Positions 53,708 to 64,000 of a DNA stretch of 64,000 nucleotides are shown here, one piece after another. A model generated the notes under the pieces. It saw nothing but the letters and a program-made list of their open reading frames with translations. It was not told the DNA's origin and did no database searches. The translations under genes and the position numbers were made by a program. The first letter of the stretch is position 1. Every line of letters begins with the position of its first letter. The stretch is from contig JBQTIM010000069.1 of assembly GCA_052388135.1 (NCBI GenBank), positions 4,290 through 68,289 on the forward strand. Direction: 5' to 3'. This stretch comes from Elusimicrobiota bacterium (lineage in GTDB: Bacteria; Elusimicrobiota; Elusimicrobia; FEN-1173).

Positions 53708-54544
53708 GTGAAAATTTCCTCCGCCGGCCTCACGGATCCCGGCCAGGTCCGACGGAACAACGAAGACAGCTATTGGGTGGAGCCGGAGACGGGCCTCTAC
53801 ATCGTGGCCGACGGCATGGGCGGCCACGCCGCCGGAGAGGTGGCCAGCCGCATGGCGGTGGAGGTGATCCGCGAGCAAGTTTCGGCGGGCCTCGCCTCCG
53901 GGCGCATCCCCGCGGTGGGGGACAAGATGCTCCACGTGTCCCAGCGGGCCCGCCTCCTGGGCGCCGCCGTGCAGATGGCCAACGACGTGATTTTTTCCGC
54001 CGCCCAGGAGAACTTGGAAAAAAAGGGCATGGGCACCACCCTGGTGGCGATCCTGCTGGACAAGTCCCGTTTCGCCGTGGCGCACGTGGGCGACAGCAGG
54101 CTCTACCTCCATCGGTCGGGCCGGCTGGAGCAGCTCACCCGCGATCACTCCGTGGTGGCCGAGCAGGTGGCCCGCGGCCTCATCACGGCGGCCCAGGCGG
54201 AAACTTCGGATTTACGGAACGTGCTGTCGCGGGCCCTGGGCGTGGCGCCGGAGGTGCGGGTGGACGTGGACGAGCACCCCTTCCGGTCCGGCGATTCCCT
54301 GCTCCTCTGCTCCGACGGCCTCTATCGCGTGGTCCCCGATGACGATATGGGGCGGGAGCTGGCGCGGCGCGACCCTCCCGCCGAAACCTGCCGGCGGCTC
54401 GTCGAAGCGGCCAACGGCGCCGGCGGACCCGACAACATCACCGTCGTCCTCATCCGACGGGAGAAAACGGCTTTGTGGCCCCGCATCGCGGGGTATTTCA
54501 ATCCAGGAAAGGGCCTCCAGCGCTATGGTCAAGCTCCTTCTTAA
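53708..54544 (+). CDS. PP2C-family Ser/Thr protein phosphatase
   Basis: 'GQVRRNNEDS', 'VADGMGGHAAGEVAS' and 'LLCSDGL'. Confidence 0.85.
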   Translation: MKISSAGLTDPGQVRRNNEDSYWVEPETGLYIVADGMGGHAAGEVASRMAVEVIREQVSAGLASGRIPAVGDKMLHVSQRARLLGAAVQMANDVIFSAAQENLEKKGMGTTLVAILLDKSRFAVAHVGDSRLYLHRSGRLEQLTRDHSVVAEQVARGLITAAQAETSDLRNVLSRALGVAPEVRVDVDEHPFRSGDSLLLCSDGLYRVVPDDDMGRELARRDPPAETCRRLVEAANGAGGPDNITVVLIRREKTALWPRIAGYFNPGKGLQRYGQAPS

Positions 54545-55235
54545 ATTCAACGCGGCGGTGATCCGGGAATTCCCCTTCGACAAGGACCAGGTCACCATCG
54601 GCCGCAAGCCGGACAACGACATCGTCATAGACAACCCCGCCGTCTCGGGCTTGCACGCCCGCATCGTGAAGCAGGGCGGGGACTACCTTCTGGAGGATAT
54701 GCAAAGCACCAACGGCACGTACCTCCACGAGCGCAAGATCGTCAAGGCCAGCCTCCGCCACAAGGACGAGGTGGGCGTGGCCAAGCACACCATCGTCTTC
54801 TTGAACGACGAGGAGGCTCCCGCCGCCGTCCCGGCCGCGCCCGCCAAATCGGCCTCTCCCGACGCCACCATGGTCATCGCCGCGCCGGCCCCCGCTTCCA
54901 AAGAGGCCAAGGCCGTCGACGTGGTGGGAGGTTTGCGCGTGGTCAAAGGCCAGACCACCGCCGCCCAGTTCAGCTTGGTGGGCCTCACCACCTATATAGG
55001 TAAGTCGGACCAGGCCGCCATCCGCTTGAAAGGCCTTTTCGCCCCCGACCTCGCCGCCTGCGTGGCCCGCCAGCCCGAGGGTTACTATTTGAAGGCCATC
55101 AAACCCAAGTCGGTCAAGCACAACCACCAAGTGGTGACGGACCAAATCCCCCTCCAAGAAGGGGATTTGATCGAGGTGGGGAACCTTCAATTGGTTTTTT
55201 ACCACCAAAGCGCCGCCGGGCCGCTGTCCGGATAG
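54525..55235 (+). CDS. FHA-domain protein, apparently with two FHA-like modules
   Basis: 'VTIGRKPDNDIVIDNPAVSGLHARIV…STNGTYLH'. Start taken at MVKLLLKF, overlapping the phosphatase stop by 20 nt. Confidence 0.7.
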   Translation: MVKLLLKFNAAVIREFPFDKDQVTIGRKPDNDIVIDNPAVSGLHARIVKQGGDYLLEDMQSTNGTYLHERKIVKASLRHKDEVGVAKHTIVFLNDEEAPAAVPAAPAKSASPDATMVIAAPAPASKEAKAVDVVGGLRVVKGQTTAAQFSLVGLTTYIGKSDQAAIRLKGLFAPDLAACVARQPEGYYLKAIKPKSVKHNHQVVTDQIPLQEGDLIEVGNLQLVFYHQSAAGPLSG

Positions 55236-55334
55236 GCGGCCGAGCCGGGCCTTGAAATCCGGCCGGAGCGGACTTAAAATTATCGGGAGATATTCTTGCG
55301 GGCGTTGAGGCGATTTACCATAATGGGGGCGGTT

Positions 55335-57032
55335 ATGAAAAAGAGCTTAACGCTTGTCGCGCTGGGGTTCTTCTTGGCCGCGCCGTCCCTCCGGGCGGCG
55401 GAGTTGAAATCCGTGAGGGGCTCAGCGCAGGTGCAGCGCGCCGGCGCCCAATCCTGGGCGGCCGCCAAGTCCGGTTCCCGCGTGAAAGACGGCGACACCG
55501 TCAAGACCGGCCCCGGCTCCCAGACCGACATCCTGCTTCCCCAGGGCCACCGCCTTCTGGTGCGCGAGCGCACCACTTTAAAAATAGATTCCTCCAACCC
55601 CGACGACATGCGTCTTTCCCTGGCCGCCGGCCGCGTGCGCGCCTTCGTCGCCAAACTCAGAAAGCGCAACAAATTCGAGATGCGCACCCCCGTGGCCGTG
55701 GCGTCGGTGCGCGGCACCGTTTTTGAGTTGGAGGTGGGGGAAGACCAGTCCTCGCGGCTGTCCGTCCTGGAAGGAAGCGTCAACTACCGCGACTTGGCCG
55801 GCCTGGGAAGCGACGTTTTGGTTCTTCAGGGCAACAGTGTGCTCATTGAGCCCGGCGCCGCGCCGCGCGCGCCCGAGCCGCTGCCCGCCGACATGAGCGA
55901 AGGTCTCATGCCCGACCGGGAAGACCTCCAGGCCCGGTTCGATCTCAAGGCCGAGGTCGCCCGCGAGACGGGCCTGCAGGCCTTCAAGGACTACTTCCAG
56001 ACCGACGCCGCCCAGGAGATGAAGACCGCCCAATACCAGGAAGGCAAGACGCTCATCGACGCCTTCGGCCACCGCGTCCGCCTGGAGGAATACATCACCC
56101 GCCCCGCGCCCGAGCAATTTTCCTTCGTGGCCCTCAACACGCGCGAGGACCGCTTCGACTTCACCCGCTTCGACCTCTACGCCGCCAAGCCCCTGCCCGA
56201 GGACCTGGGCTCCGTCAACCTGTTTCGCCAGCCCGGCTCCGGCCCCATGGACAACTGGGCCGTCAAGACCCACCGCCTGTCCTCCAACGGCGGCGATTAC
56301 TACCGCGAATGGCAGGACGGCGGCGCGCCCGTGCCAATGACGGGAACCGACGGGCCTTACAAGCAGGTGGTCTTCAACGACTGGTTCGTGGAGGTTCGTG
56401 GCGCCGGCAGCGAGCCCACGCTCCTTTCCCACTGGCAGCCCCACCCCGATTTCAAGAGCGGTCTCAATCCCGATGTGAACGCAACGCGCGACAAGAACGA
56501 TAGGGATCTGGACGGCAGCCAGGACATCCCCAGCGGCTACGAGGACTTTCTGTCCGGCGGTGCCGGCACCGTGGGCGACGACCGGCCCATAGACTTGGCT
56601 GGATTCAGCGCCGCCGACCGCCTGAAGGCCTTCGACATGCCCGCCGTGGCTTCCGCCTACGCCCTCAGCGAGGGCTACCGGCGCGAAAGCGTGGCTGTCT
56701 TGGACGGATTGACGCTGGCGGAAATCAGGGCCCGCTTCCCGGACGGCAACGACCGGGTCCGCTTCATCCTCCACAGCACGGAGTTCGGCAACCAAAGCGT
56801 CTACAAGCGGGCCGAAGTTACCGGCGGCTCCGACATCACGGTGCGCAACAACACCTACTACATTTCCGACGAGGGCCGGCGCCTCAACGCCGGGCAGGCC
56901 TCGACCATCGGTTCGCGCCTGGACGGCTTGAACCTCCAGGACGTGTTCACCTCGCCCACTCTGATGGGCGGCCGCAAAATAGACGTCGTCATCAGCCCCG
57001 GCATTTTCCGCCGGGCCAACCTCCTCGACTAG
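55335..57032 (+). CDS. secreted FecR-domain protein with a long conserved C-terminal region of unknown function (paralogue 1)
   Basis: Signal peptide. FecR-like 'SVRGSAQVQRAGAQSWAAAKSGSRVKDGDTVKTGPGSQ…RTPVAVASVRGTVFELEV'. About 60% identity with the next ORF along the whole length. Confidence 0.6.
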   Translation: MKKSLTLVALGFFLAAPSLRAAELKSVRGSAQVQRAGAQSWAAAKSGSRVKDGDTVKTGPGSQTDILLPQGHRLLVRERTTLKIDSSNPDDMRLSLAAGRVRAFVAKLRKRNKFEMRTPVAVASVRGTVFELEVGEDQSSRLSVLEGSVNYRDLAGLGSDVLVLQGNSVLIEPGAAPRAPEPLPADMSEGLMPDREDLQARFDLKAEVARETGLQAFKDYFQTDAAQEMKTAQYQEGKTLIDAFGHRVRLEEYITRPAPEQFSFVALNTREDRFDFTRFDLYAAKPLPEDLGSVNLFRQPGSGPMDNWAVKTHRLSSNGGDYYREWQDGGAPVPMTGTDGPYKQVVFNDWFVEVRGAGSEPTLLSHWQPHPDFKSGLNPDVNATRDKNDRDLDGSQDIPSGYEDFLSGGAGTVGDDRPIDLAGFSAADRLKAFDMPAVASAYALSEGYRRESVAVLDGLTLAEIRARFPDGNDRVRFILHSTEFGNQSVYKRAEVTGGSDITVRNNTYYISDEGRRLNAGQASTIGSRLDGLNLQDVFTSPTLMGGRKIDVVISPGIFRRANLLD

Positions 57033-57035
57033 CTC

Positions 57036-58793
57036 GTGCGAGCGCCGGCCGCCCTCTTCCTGCTGGCCTTCGCGGCCGCGCCTCTGGCCGCCGCTCCGGC
57101 GGAACTGCGCTCCCTGCGCGGAACCGTTGAAATCCGCAAAGCCGGCTCCGGGGCGTGGGTGGCCGTCTCCTCCGGCGCCCGCGTGGGCAACGGCGATTCC
57201 CTCCGCACCGCCGAGAACGCCCGGGCCGAAATGGCCATGCCCCAGGGCCACCGGCTTACGCTCCGCCAAAAGACCACTCTCCGCATGGATTCCTCCGACC
57301 CGAAAGACACCCGGTTCAGCCTCACGGTGGGCCGCGTGCGCGCCTTCGTCGCCAAGCTCAAGAAGCGCGACAAATTTGAAATGCGCACCCCCGTGGCCGT
57401 GGCTTCCGTCCGCGGCACCGTGTTTGAAATGGACGTGAGGGAGGACTTCACGTCCCGCCTCTCGGTTTTGGAAGGGGACGTGGGTTACAAGGACCTGGCC
57501 GGACTGGCCGGCGAGTTCGTCGTTTCCGGAGGACAGAGCGTGGTGGTGGACGCGGGCGGCGTCGGCAAGCCCGAAACCGTCCCTCCGGATGTCCTCCTGG
57601 ATAAGGAGCCCGGGGAGCCTGAGAAAATCCCCGAAGGCGAAAAACCCGGGGAAAAGAAGGAGGAAAAGAAAGAGGAGAAAGCGGAAGAAAAGAAAAAAGA
57701 TCTCCGCGGCCGCCGGGATAAGGACGATCCCAAGGGCAAAATTTCCGCGCGCGAGGAGGCGCGGCAGGAATTCCGCGTTGAGATGGAGAAAGAGATCAGC
57801 CTGGACGCCTTCCGGGATTTCATTCAAACCGACGTCGCCCAGGAATTGCAGCAGAACGAATATCAGAAGGGGACCACGCTCATAGACGCCTTCGGCCGCC
57901 GCGTGCGCATGGAGGAATACATCACCCGCCCGGCCAAGAACCAGTATTCCTTCATCTCCCTCAACACCCGCGAAGACCGCTTCGACCGCACCCAGTTCGA
58001 CGTCTACGCCCGCGACGCCCTCCCGGAGGATCTCAGCTCCGTCAATTTGTTCCGCCAGGAGAAACCCATGGACAACTGGGCCGAGAAAACCCATTACATC
58101 TCTTCCAATGACAAGGGCGATTATTATCGGGAATGGCGCGACGGCGGCCAGCAGGTCTTTATGCAGGATAAGAACTTCCACCAGGTGGTCTTCGACCATT
58201 GGTATATAGAAGTGAAAGGCGATGGCGAGGCCGTCCTTCTTTCCCACTGGGTGCCCGACGCCAATTTCCGCAGAGGGACCTTCGACGCGACGCAGTCCCG
58301 CGACGAACAGGCGCTCAAGGACGACGGCCTCCTGGACATCCCCTCCGGCTACGACGAGTACGGCCATACGACCGGCACCGTGGGCGACGATCGCTACGTG
58401 GACGATTTCGACAATAAAACGCGCATGGCCTATTTCACGGACAGCCGCGTCGCCGACAAATACCGGCTGAGCGAAGGCTATTCCCGTAAAAGCCGGCCGC
58501 TTTACGACGACGTGTTCACCATGGATTCCGCCCAGCAGCAGAAGGCCGGCAAGTTCTCCCGCGAGGACACTTACTTCCACCCTGACAACAAGATATTCCT
58601 CCGCACGGACACCTACACCCTCACCGACGAAGGCGGCCGTGTGCCGCTGGGCAAACTGCAGGAAACCGGTTTCGGGCCCGACGGGCTCAACGTGCAGAGG
58701 GTGTTCAGCTCCTCGCTCCTGCCCAAACGCAACATCGACGTGATTTTCGACAACGCCGTGCTTCTCAAGCAAGCCGGCCATCTGGAGAGATAA
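57036..58793 (+). CDS. secreted FecR-domain protein (paralogue 2) with an inserted K/E-rich acidic linker
   Basis: GTG start. 'SLRGTVEIRKAGSGAWVAVSSGARVGNGDSL…RTPVAVASVRGTVFEMDV'. The conserved C-terminal blocks 'TLIDAFGRRVRMEEYITRPA', 'SLNTREDRFD' and 'PMDNWAEKTH' are shared with the upstream ORF. Confidence 0.6.
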   Translation: MRAPAALFLLAFAAAPLAAAPAELRSLRGTVEIRKAGSGAWVAVSSGARVGNGDSLRTAENARAEMAMPQGHRLTLRQKTTLRMDSSDPKDTRFSLTVGRVRAFVAKLKKRDKFEMRTPVAVASVRGTVFEMDVREDFTSRLSVLEGDVGYKDLAGLAGEFVVSGGQSVVVDAGGVGKPETVPPDVLLDKEPGEPEKIPEGEKPGEKKEEKKEEKAEEKKKDLRGRRDKDDPKGKISAREEARQEFRVEMEKEISLDAFRDFIQTDVAQELQQNEYQKGTTLIDAFGRRVRMEEYITRPAKNQYSFISLNTREDRFDRTQFDVYARDALPEDLSSVNLFRQEKPMDNWAEKTHYISSNDKGDYYREWRDGGQQVFMQDKNFHQVVFDHWYIEVKGDGEAVLLSHWVPDANFRRGTFDATQSRDEQALKDDGLLDIPSGYDEYGHTTGTVGDDRYVDDFDNKTRMAYFTDSRVADKYRLSEGYSRKSRPLYDDVFTMDSAQQQKAGKFSREDTYFHPDNKIFLRTDTYTLTDEGGRVPLGKLQETGFGPDGLNVQRVFSSSLLPKRNIDVIFDNAVLLKQAGHLER

Positions 58794-58797
58794 AACC

Positions 58798-60009
58798 ATG
58801 AAAAAAACTTTCGTTGCCTTCGTCCTTTCGGCGTTCGCGGCGACCGGCGCGCGGGCCGAGGTGCAGTGGGCCCCGTTCCTGGACGCCGAGGTTTTCGGCG
58901 GCCGGTCCACCTTCTCCGGCGACGACGTCGACGGCCTGAACGGCTCCCTGCGCTTCGTCCCGGGCCTGCGCCTGTCGGAGAAGCTTTCTCTCCTGCCCGC
59001 GCTGGCCTTCGCCTACCGCAAGTCCCGCGACGTGCAGGAACTGGCCGGCGGCGGCTTCCTCACCCAACAGGCCCAGACGCGCTCGGCGTCCCTCAAGGGC
59101 ATCCACGCCCTGGGCGATTCTTGGAAGGGCAAGGCCTACGTCTCCTACCGTCAGGAGCTCCTCAAGGAAACGTCCGACGAGGACTGGGGCGACGGACTCT
59201 TCGACCACGACAAGACGGCCGTGGGACTGGAGGCCGAGCGCGAGGGGTCCCTCTGGAAAAGCCTCCGCTTCGGGCTCGACTATTACCAGACGCGCTTCCC
59301 CAATTTCCAGACTCTCGCCAGCAAACAGCTGGGCTCGGAGATCAACGCCGGAACCGACGTTCTGGACTTCGATTCCGTGGACGGCTCCCTGGGCGCCGAC
59401 CTTTCCCTGGGCCAGGGGTCTTTGCTCTCGAGTTACCTGCTGGTGTCCAATCGCGATTTTTCCGACCAAAAGATCGTGAGGCGGGACGGGACCTTCTCCG
59501 GCGATTTGCGCAACGACCTTTACTCCTATTTGTCGCTCGGTTGGCGGCGCCAGCTTCCCACGGTCTCCCTTTTCGGCATGGGCGTGGAAAGCCTGGCCGG
59601 CGTGGACGCTTCCTACGCCCGCCTGGATTCCAACCAGCACAGCTACGACGCCTCGCGCACCCGCTTCAACGAGAACTACTACGACTACGGCGAGATCGGC
59701 GGCGGGCCCCGCATCAACCTGCGCTTTAAAGAGAAGCTTTCGGCCGGCTTCGCCTTCATCTATTCCGTGCGGGACTACGCCGCCCGCCCCGTCCAAAACG
59801 TGGACGGCAGCTATCCGGCGGCCGGCGAGGCCATCTCCACCAAGACCAACACCTTCCGCTGGTCCCTGGGCTATCCCCTGGTCAAGGGCTTGAGCGCGCG
59901 CCTGCAGGGCGCCCTCCAGCACGCCGATTCCAACATGGATTACGAGACCGTCTACCGCTACAACTACTCCTCCTCAAGCTATTTCGCGGGCCTGGCCTAC
60001 CAGTTTTAA
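58798..60009 (+). CDS. outer-membrane beta-barrel protein, family unknown
   Basis: Signal peptide 'MKKTFVAFVLSAFAATGARA'. Alternating hydrophobic strands, many Y/G/D/S residues, and the C-terminal '…LAYQF' (terminal Phe) typical of OMP beta-signals. Confidence 0.6.
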   Translation: MKKTFVAFVLSAFAATGARAEVQWAPFLDAEVFGGRSTFSGDDVDGLNGSLRFVPGLRLSEKLSLLPALAFAYRKSRDVQELAGGGFLTQQAQTRSASLKGIHALGDSWKGKAYVSYRQELLKETSDEDWGDGLFDHDKTAVGLEAEREGSLWKSLRFGLDYYQTRFPNFQTLASKQLGSEINAGTDVLDFDSVDGSLGADLSLGQGSLLSSYLLVSNRDFSDQKIVRRDGTFSGDLRNDLYSYLSLGWRRQLPTVSLFGMGVESLAGVDASYARLDSNQHSYDASRTRFNENYYDYGEIGGGPRINLRFKEKLSAGFAFIYSVRDYAARPVQNVDGSYPAAGEAISTKTNTFRWSLGYPLVKGLSARLQGALQHADSNMDYETVYRYNYSSSSYFAGLAYQF

Positions 60010-60011
60010 CC

Positions 60012-60075
60012 CGAATCCCCCGGTCGGATCGCGGGATTCGACGTAAAATCCGGGGCTTTTTCCTTCACGAAAAAG
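60012..60075 (+). terminator. tandem hairpins after the OMP gene: cgaatccc…gggattcg, then gcttttt…aaaaagc
   Basis: Inverted repeats read from the sequence. The T-tract is weak (only 'cttttt'). Confidence 0.3.
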
Positions 60076-60180
60076 CTCGACCGTAGTCCGGGTTACGCTC
60101 TCACTTTTTCGTTTCGTAAAAAACCCCCGTCTTTTCCGTCTCGGTCCTCGCGCCCGACCGGGGAACCCGGGTAACCGCTC

Positions 60181-60265
60181 TTGACCCGGGAGCGGCGACT
60201 GTGGTAAGATAAAACCCGTCGCCGCTCCTCCCGAGAAAGTGGCTGCCGTTCGAGCCACTTTTTTT
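60181..60265 (+). promoter_or_regulatory. promoter candidate (TTGACC, 18 nt, TAAGAT) followed in the leader by the hairpin gtggctgccgttcgagccac plus T7 (60239–60265), all upstream of rimP. This is a leader terminator/attenuator-like arrangement.
   Basis: Hexamers and spacing read directly. The hairpin plus U-run lies between the -10 element and the rimP RBS (GGAGG 7 nt before ATG 60301). Confidence 0.45.
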
Positions 60266-60300
60266 GTTTCCAGCCGGGGCGGCGAAAGCGGAGGCCGCCC

Positions 60301-60792
60301 ATGGGCGTCGCGCAAGATTTGGAGAACCTCGCCCGGCCCTCTTTGGAGCAGGCCGGCCTGGAGTTGGTGGACGTGGAATACCGCCGCGAGCCGCAGGGCT
60401 GGGTGTTGCGCTTCTACTTGGACAAACCCGGCGGATTCTCGCTGACGGACTGCGAGGAATGGAACGACCGCCTGGGCCGCGCGGTGGACGAAAGCGGACT
60501 CATCCCCCACGGGTATTCGCTGGAAGTGTCGTCCCCCGGGCTGAACCGGCCCTTGAAGAAGCCGGAGGATTTCCGCCGGTTCCTGGGCGTGGAGGCCGTG
60601 ATCAAGCTTTTCGCCGCCCGCGCCGGCCAGAAAAATTTTCACGGGCGCCTGGCGGCCCTGGAGGGGGAAGAACTGGTCCTGGACGACCGCACCTCCGGCC
60701 GCGTCCGCCTGCCGCTGGCGGAGATCGCCAGCGCGCGACTGGACCCGGAGATAGATTTTAATAAAGAGAGAGGCGTGAACAGCGAATCGTGA
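60301..60792 (+). CDS. rimP: ribosome maturation factor RimP
   Basis: 163 aa with a DUF150-like pattern. 'LELVDVEY…LRFYLDKPGG…LEVSSPGLNRPL'. It immediately precedes nusA. Confidence 0.8.
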   Translation: MGVAQDLENLARPSLEQAGLELVDVEYRREPQGWVLRFYLDKPGGFSLTDCEEWNDRLGRAVDESGLIPHGYSLEVSSPGLNRPLKKPEDFRRFLGVEAVIKLFAARAGQKNFHGRLAALEGEELVLDDRTSGRVRLPLAEIASARLDPEIDFNKERGVNSES

Positions 60793-60871
60793 CGGTGAAT
60801 AGGAAGAACCAAAGCATGCGAACAGTTGCTTTCGCCGTTCCCCTTCACCATTCACGATTCACCATTCACGC
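60772..60871. repeat. inverted pair of GTGAAT-type heptamer arrays in the rimP–nusA spacer. Arm 1 overlaps the last rimP codons.
   Basis: Arm 1 is ggcgtgaacagcgaatcgtgacggtgaatagg. Arm 2 is ccccttcaccattcacgattcaccattcacgcc. Confidence 0.55.
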
Positions 60872-60886
60872 CGTTTAAAGGAAATT

Positions 60887-62341
60887 ATGGCTCAACAAAC
60901 CAAAAGCGACTTATTGCCGGTCCTGGAGCAGATCGAGCGCGACAAGGGCCTCAAAAAAGAGGACATCCTGCACATGATCGAGCAGGCCCTGGTGTCGGCT
61001 TACCGCAAGCACGCCGGCCAGCAGGTCAACGTGGAAGCGACCATCGACGCCGAGTCGGGCCAGATCAAGGCTTTCGTCGTGAAAACCGTGGTGGAGCAGG
61101 TGGCGGACCCGGCCCTGGAAATGTCCGTGGCCGAAGCCAAAAAATTCAAGCCCGGCGCCGAGGCGGGGACCGAGATCAAGATCCCCGTGGACCCCGAGGA
61201 GTTCGCCCGCATCGCCGCCCAGACCGCCAAGCAGGTGCTGGTGCAGAAGATCCGCGAGACCGAGCGCGAAAGCCTCTACGGGGAATACAAGCCCCGCGAG
61301 GGCGTGCTCATCAACGGCGCGGTGCATCGTTTCTCCAGCCGCAACGTCATCGTGGACCTGGGCCGCGCCGAAGGCATTTTGCCCGTGCGCGAGCAGGTGC
61401 GCCGCGAGCGCTGGATGGTGGGCGACCGCATCCGCGCCCTCATCCTCAAGGTGGAAAAAGGCCCCCGCGGCCCCGAGATCATTTTGTCCCGGGCCCACGC
61501 CGACTTCGTCAAGCGCCTCTTCGAGCAGGAAGTTCCCGAAATTTACGAAAAGACCGTGGAGGTGGTGGAGGTGGTGCGCGAGCCCGGCCTCCGCTCCAAG
61601 GTCGTGGTGCGGAGCAACAATCCCAAGGTGGACCCCATCGGCGCCTGCGTGGGCGTGAAGGGCTCCCGCGTGCGGCCCATCATCAACGAGCTGCAGGGCG
61701 AGCGCATTGATTTGGTGTCCTATTCCCAGGACGCTTCCGCTTACATCTCCTCCGCCCTGTCGCCGGCCAAGCCGTCGTCGGTGTCCATCGTCAGCCTGGA
61801 GGAGAAAAAGGCCGACGTCGTGGTGCCCGACGACCAGCTCTCGCTGGCCATCGGCAAGGGCGGCCAGAACGTGCGCCTGGCGGCGAAGCTCACGGGCTGG
61901 CACATCGACGTCCACTCCGAGTCGCAGAAGCGCGAGTCCGCCCAAGCCGCGGCCGCCGCCCTGTTGTCGGGGCTGGGGCAATTGGAAGGCGTGGGGCCCA
62001 AAACCTCCGAAATTTTGCAGAAGGGCGGCTGGGGCGACGTGAACCGCCTGGCCGAGGCCAAACCCGAGGACCTGACCCATCTGTCGGGCATCGGCGAGAA
62101 GACGGCGGAAAAGATCATCGAGTCGGCCAAGAATTACCTGGCCGCCCGCGCCGCGCGGGAGGCCGAAGAAGCCGCCGCTGAGGCCGCACCCGCCGAGGAG
62201 GCGTCCCCCGAGGCCGAAGCGGAACCCGCCGCCGCGGACGAAAGCGCGGCGCCCGCCGAGGAATCTCCCGCCGAGCCGGAAGCGGAAGCGCCGGCGGAGC
62301 CGTCCGGCGGCGAACCCGCTCCCGAACCGGAAAAGGAATAA
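60887..62341 (+). CDS. nusA: transcription termination/antitermination factor NusA (with an acidic C-terminal extension)
   Basis: N-terminal domain, S1 and KH modules ('[15 protein letters not shown]', '[20 protein letters not shown]') and an HhH region. Confidence 0.9.
   Translation: MAQQTKSDLLPVLEQIERDKGLKKEDILHMIEQALVSAYRKHAGQQVNVEATIDAESGQIKAFVVKTVVEQVADPALEMSVAEAKKFKPGAEAGTEIKIPVDPEEFARIAAQTAKQVLVQKIRETERESLYGEYKPREGVLINGAVHRFSSRNVIVDLGRAEGILPVREQVRRERWMVGDRIRALILKVEKGPRGPEIILSRAHADFVKRLFEQEVPEIYEKTVEVVEVVREPGLRSKVVVRSNNPKVDPIGACVGVKGSRVRPIINELQGERIDLVSYSQDASAYISSALSPAKPSSVSIVSLEEKKADVVVPDDQLSLAIGKGGQNVRLAAKLTGWHIDVHSESQKRESAQAAAAALLSGLGQLEGVGPKTSEILQKGGWGDVNRLAEAKPEDLTHLSGIGEKTAEKIIESAKNYLAARAAREAEEAAAEAAPAEEASPEAEAEPAAADESAAPAEESPAEPEAEAPAEPSGGEPAPEPEKE

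Positions 62342-64000
<1,659 letters not shown>

Noticed and set aside
60012-60300. Possible tRNA or tmRNA gene upstream of rimP (by analogy with metY in enterobacteria). 'GGGATTCGACG' and 'GCCGTTCGAGCC' strings were noticed.
   Set aside because: No cloverleaf can be built: the acceptor/T-arm geometry and lengths are wrong. The strings belong to terminator and attenuator hairpins instead.

Overview
This 64-kb window is a high-GC (~65–68%) bacterial chromosome segment with diderm-type gene content (Omp85/BamA-like, SurA-like, OmpA-family). Only positions 1–1300, 5200–5950 and 30130–30560 are clearly AT-richer. All gene calls rest on motifs I recognise in the supplied ORF translations plus codon-position GC reasoning by eye; I ran no searches. 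Annotation by region: (i) 1–12.3 kb, an accessory block on the + strand: a GHSQG lipase-like ORF, a small ORF, a 7.1-kb uninterrupted ORF containing two paralogous coiled-coil ORFs in the +1 frame, a polytopic membrane protein, a secreted phage-tail-collar-domain protein and a low-complexity membrane-anchored protein. (ii) 12.3–21.1 kb, minus-strand housekeeping genes: tyrS, a ThiO-like FAD oxidoreductase, mnmA, iscU/nifU, iscS/nifS, iscR, aspS, hisS. (iii) 21–30 kb: a cNMP-binding patatin phospholipase, a Cas4-like PD-(D/E)xK nuclease, tldD, a GAF-PAS histidine kinase, a DUF1805 protein and rlmD. (iv) 30.6–40.3 kb: mfd, two parvulin/SurA-type PPIases, pdxA, an OmpA-family protein and an Omp85/BamA-like protein. 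(v) 40.6–49.8 kb: the conserved cluster rpsB-tsf-pyrH-frr-uppS-cdsA-dxr-rseP-proS. (vi) 50–60 kb: a cNMP-binding protein, a CHASE2-Ser/Thr kinase, a PP2C phosphatase, an FHA protein, two paralogous FecR-domain proteins and a beta-barrel OMP. (vii) 60.3–64 kb: rimP-nusA-infB (infB runs off the window). No rRNA, tRNA or CRISPR array was recognised. The hunt produced seven main items. First, the 7.1-kb ORF reads like a frameshift or dual-coding mosaic: its two nested coiled-coil ORFs carry the better coding signature locally. Second, a ~207-nt repeat is present in two copies (inside the giant ORF and next to an AT-rich islet) with compensatory base changes in three helices. Third, a MITE-like hairpin element occurs in three places, one copy with inverted termini and a 12-bp direct repeat. 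Fourth, GTGAAT-type inverted heptamer repeats sit in intergenic spacers of the ribosomal/translation operons. Fifth, strong sigma70-like promoters, intrinsic terminators and a leader attenuator-like hairpin upstream of rimP are visible. Sixth, the kinase/phosphatase/FHA/FecR-domain/OMP cluster is a candidate envelope signalling module. Seventh, the adjacent cNMP-patatin and Cas4-like nuclease pair is a possible defence islet.
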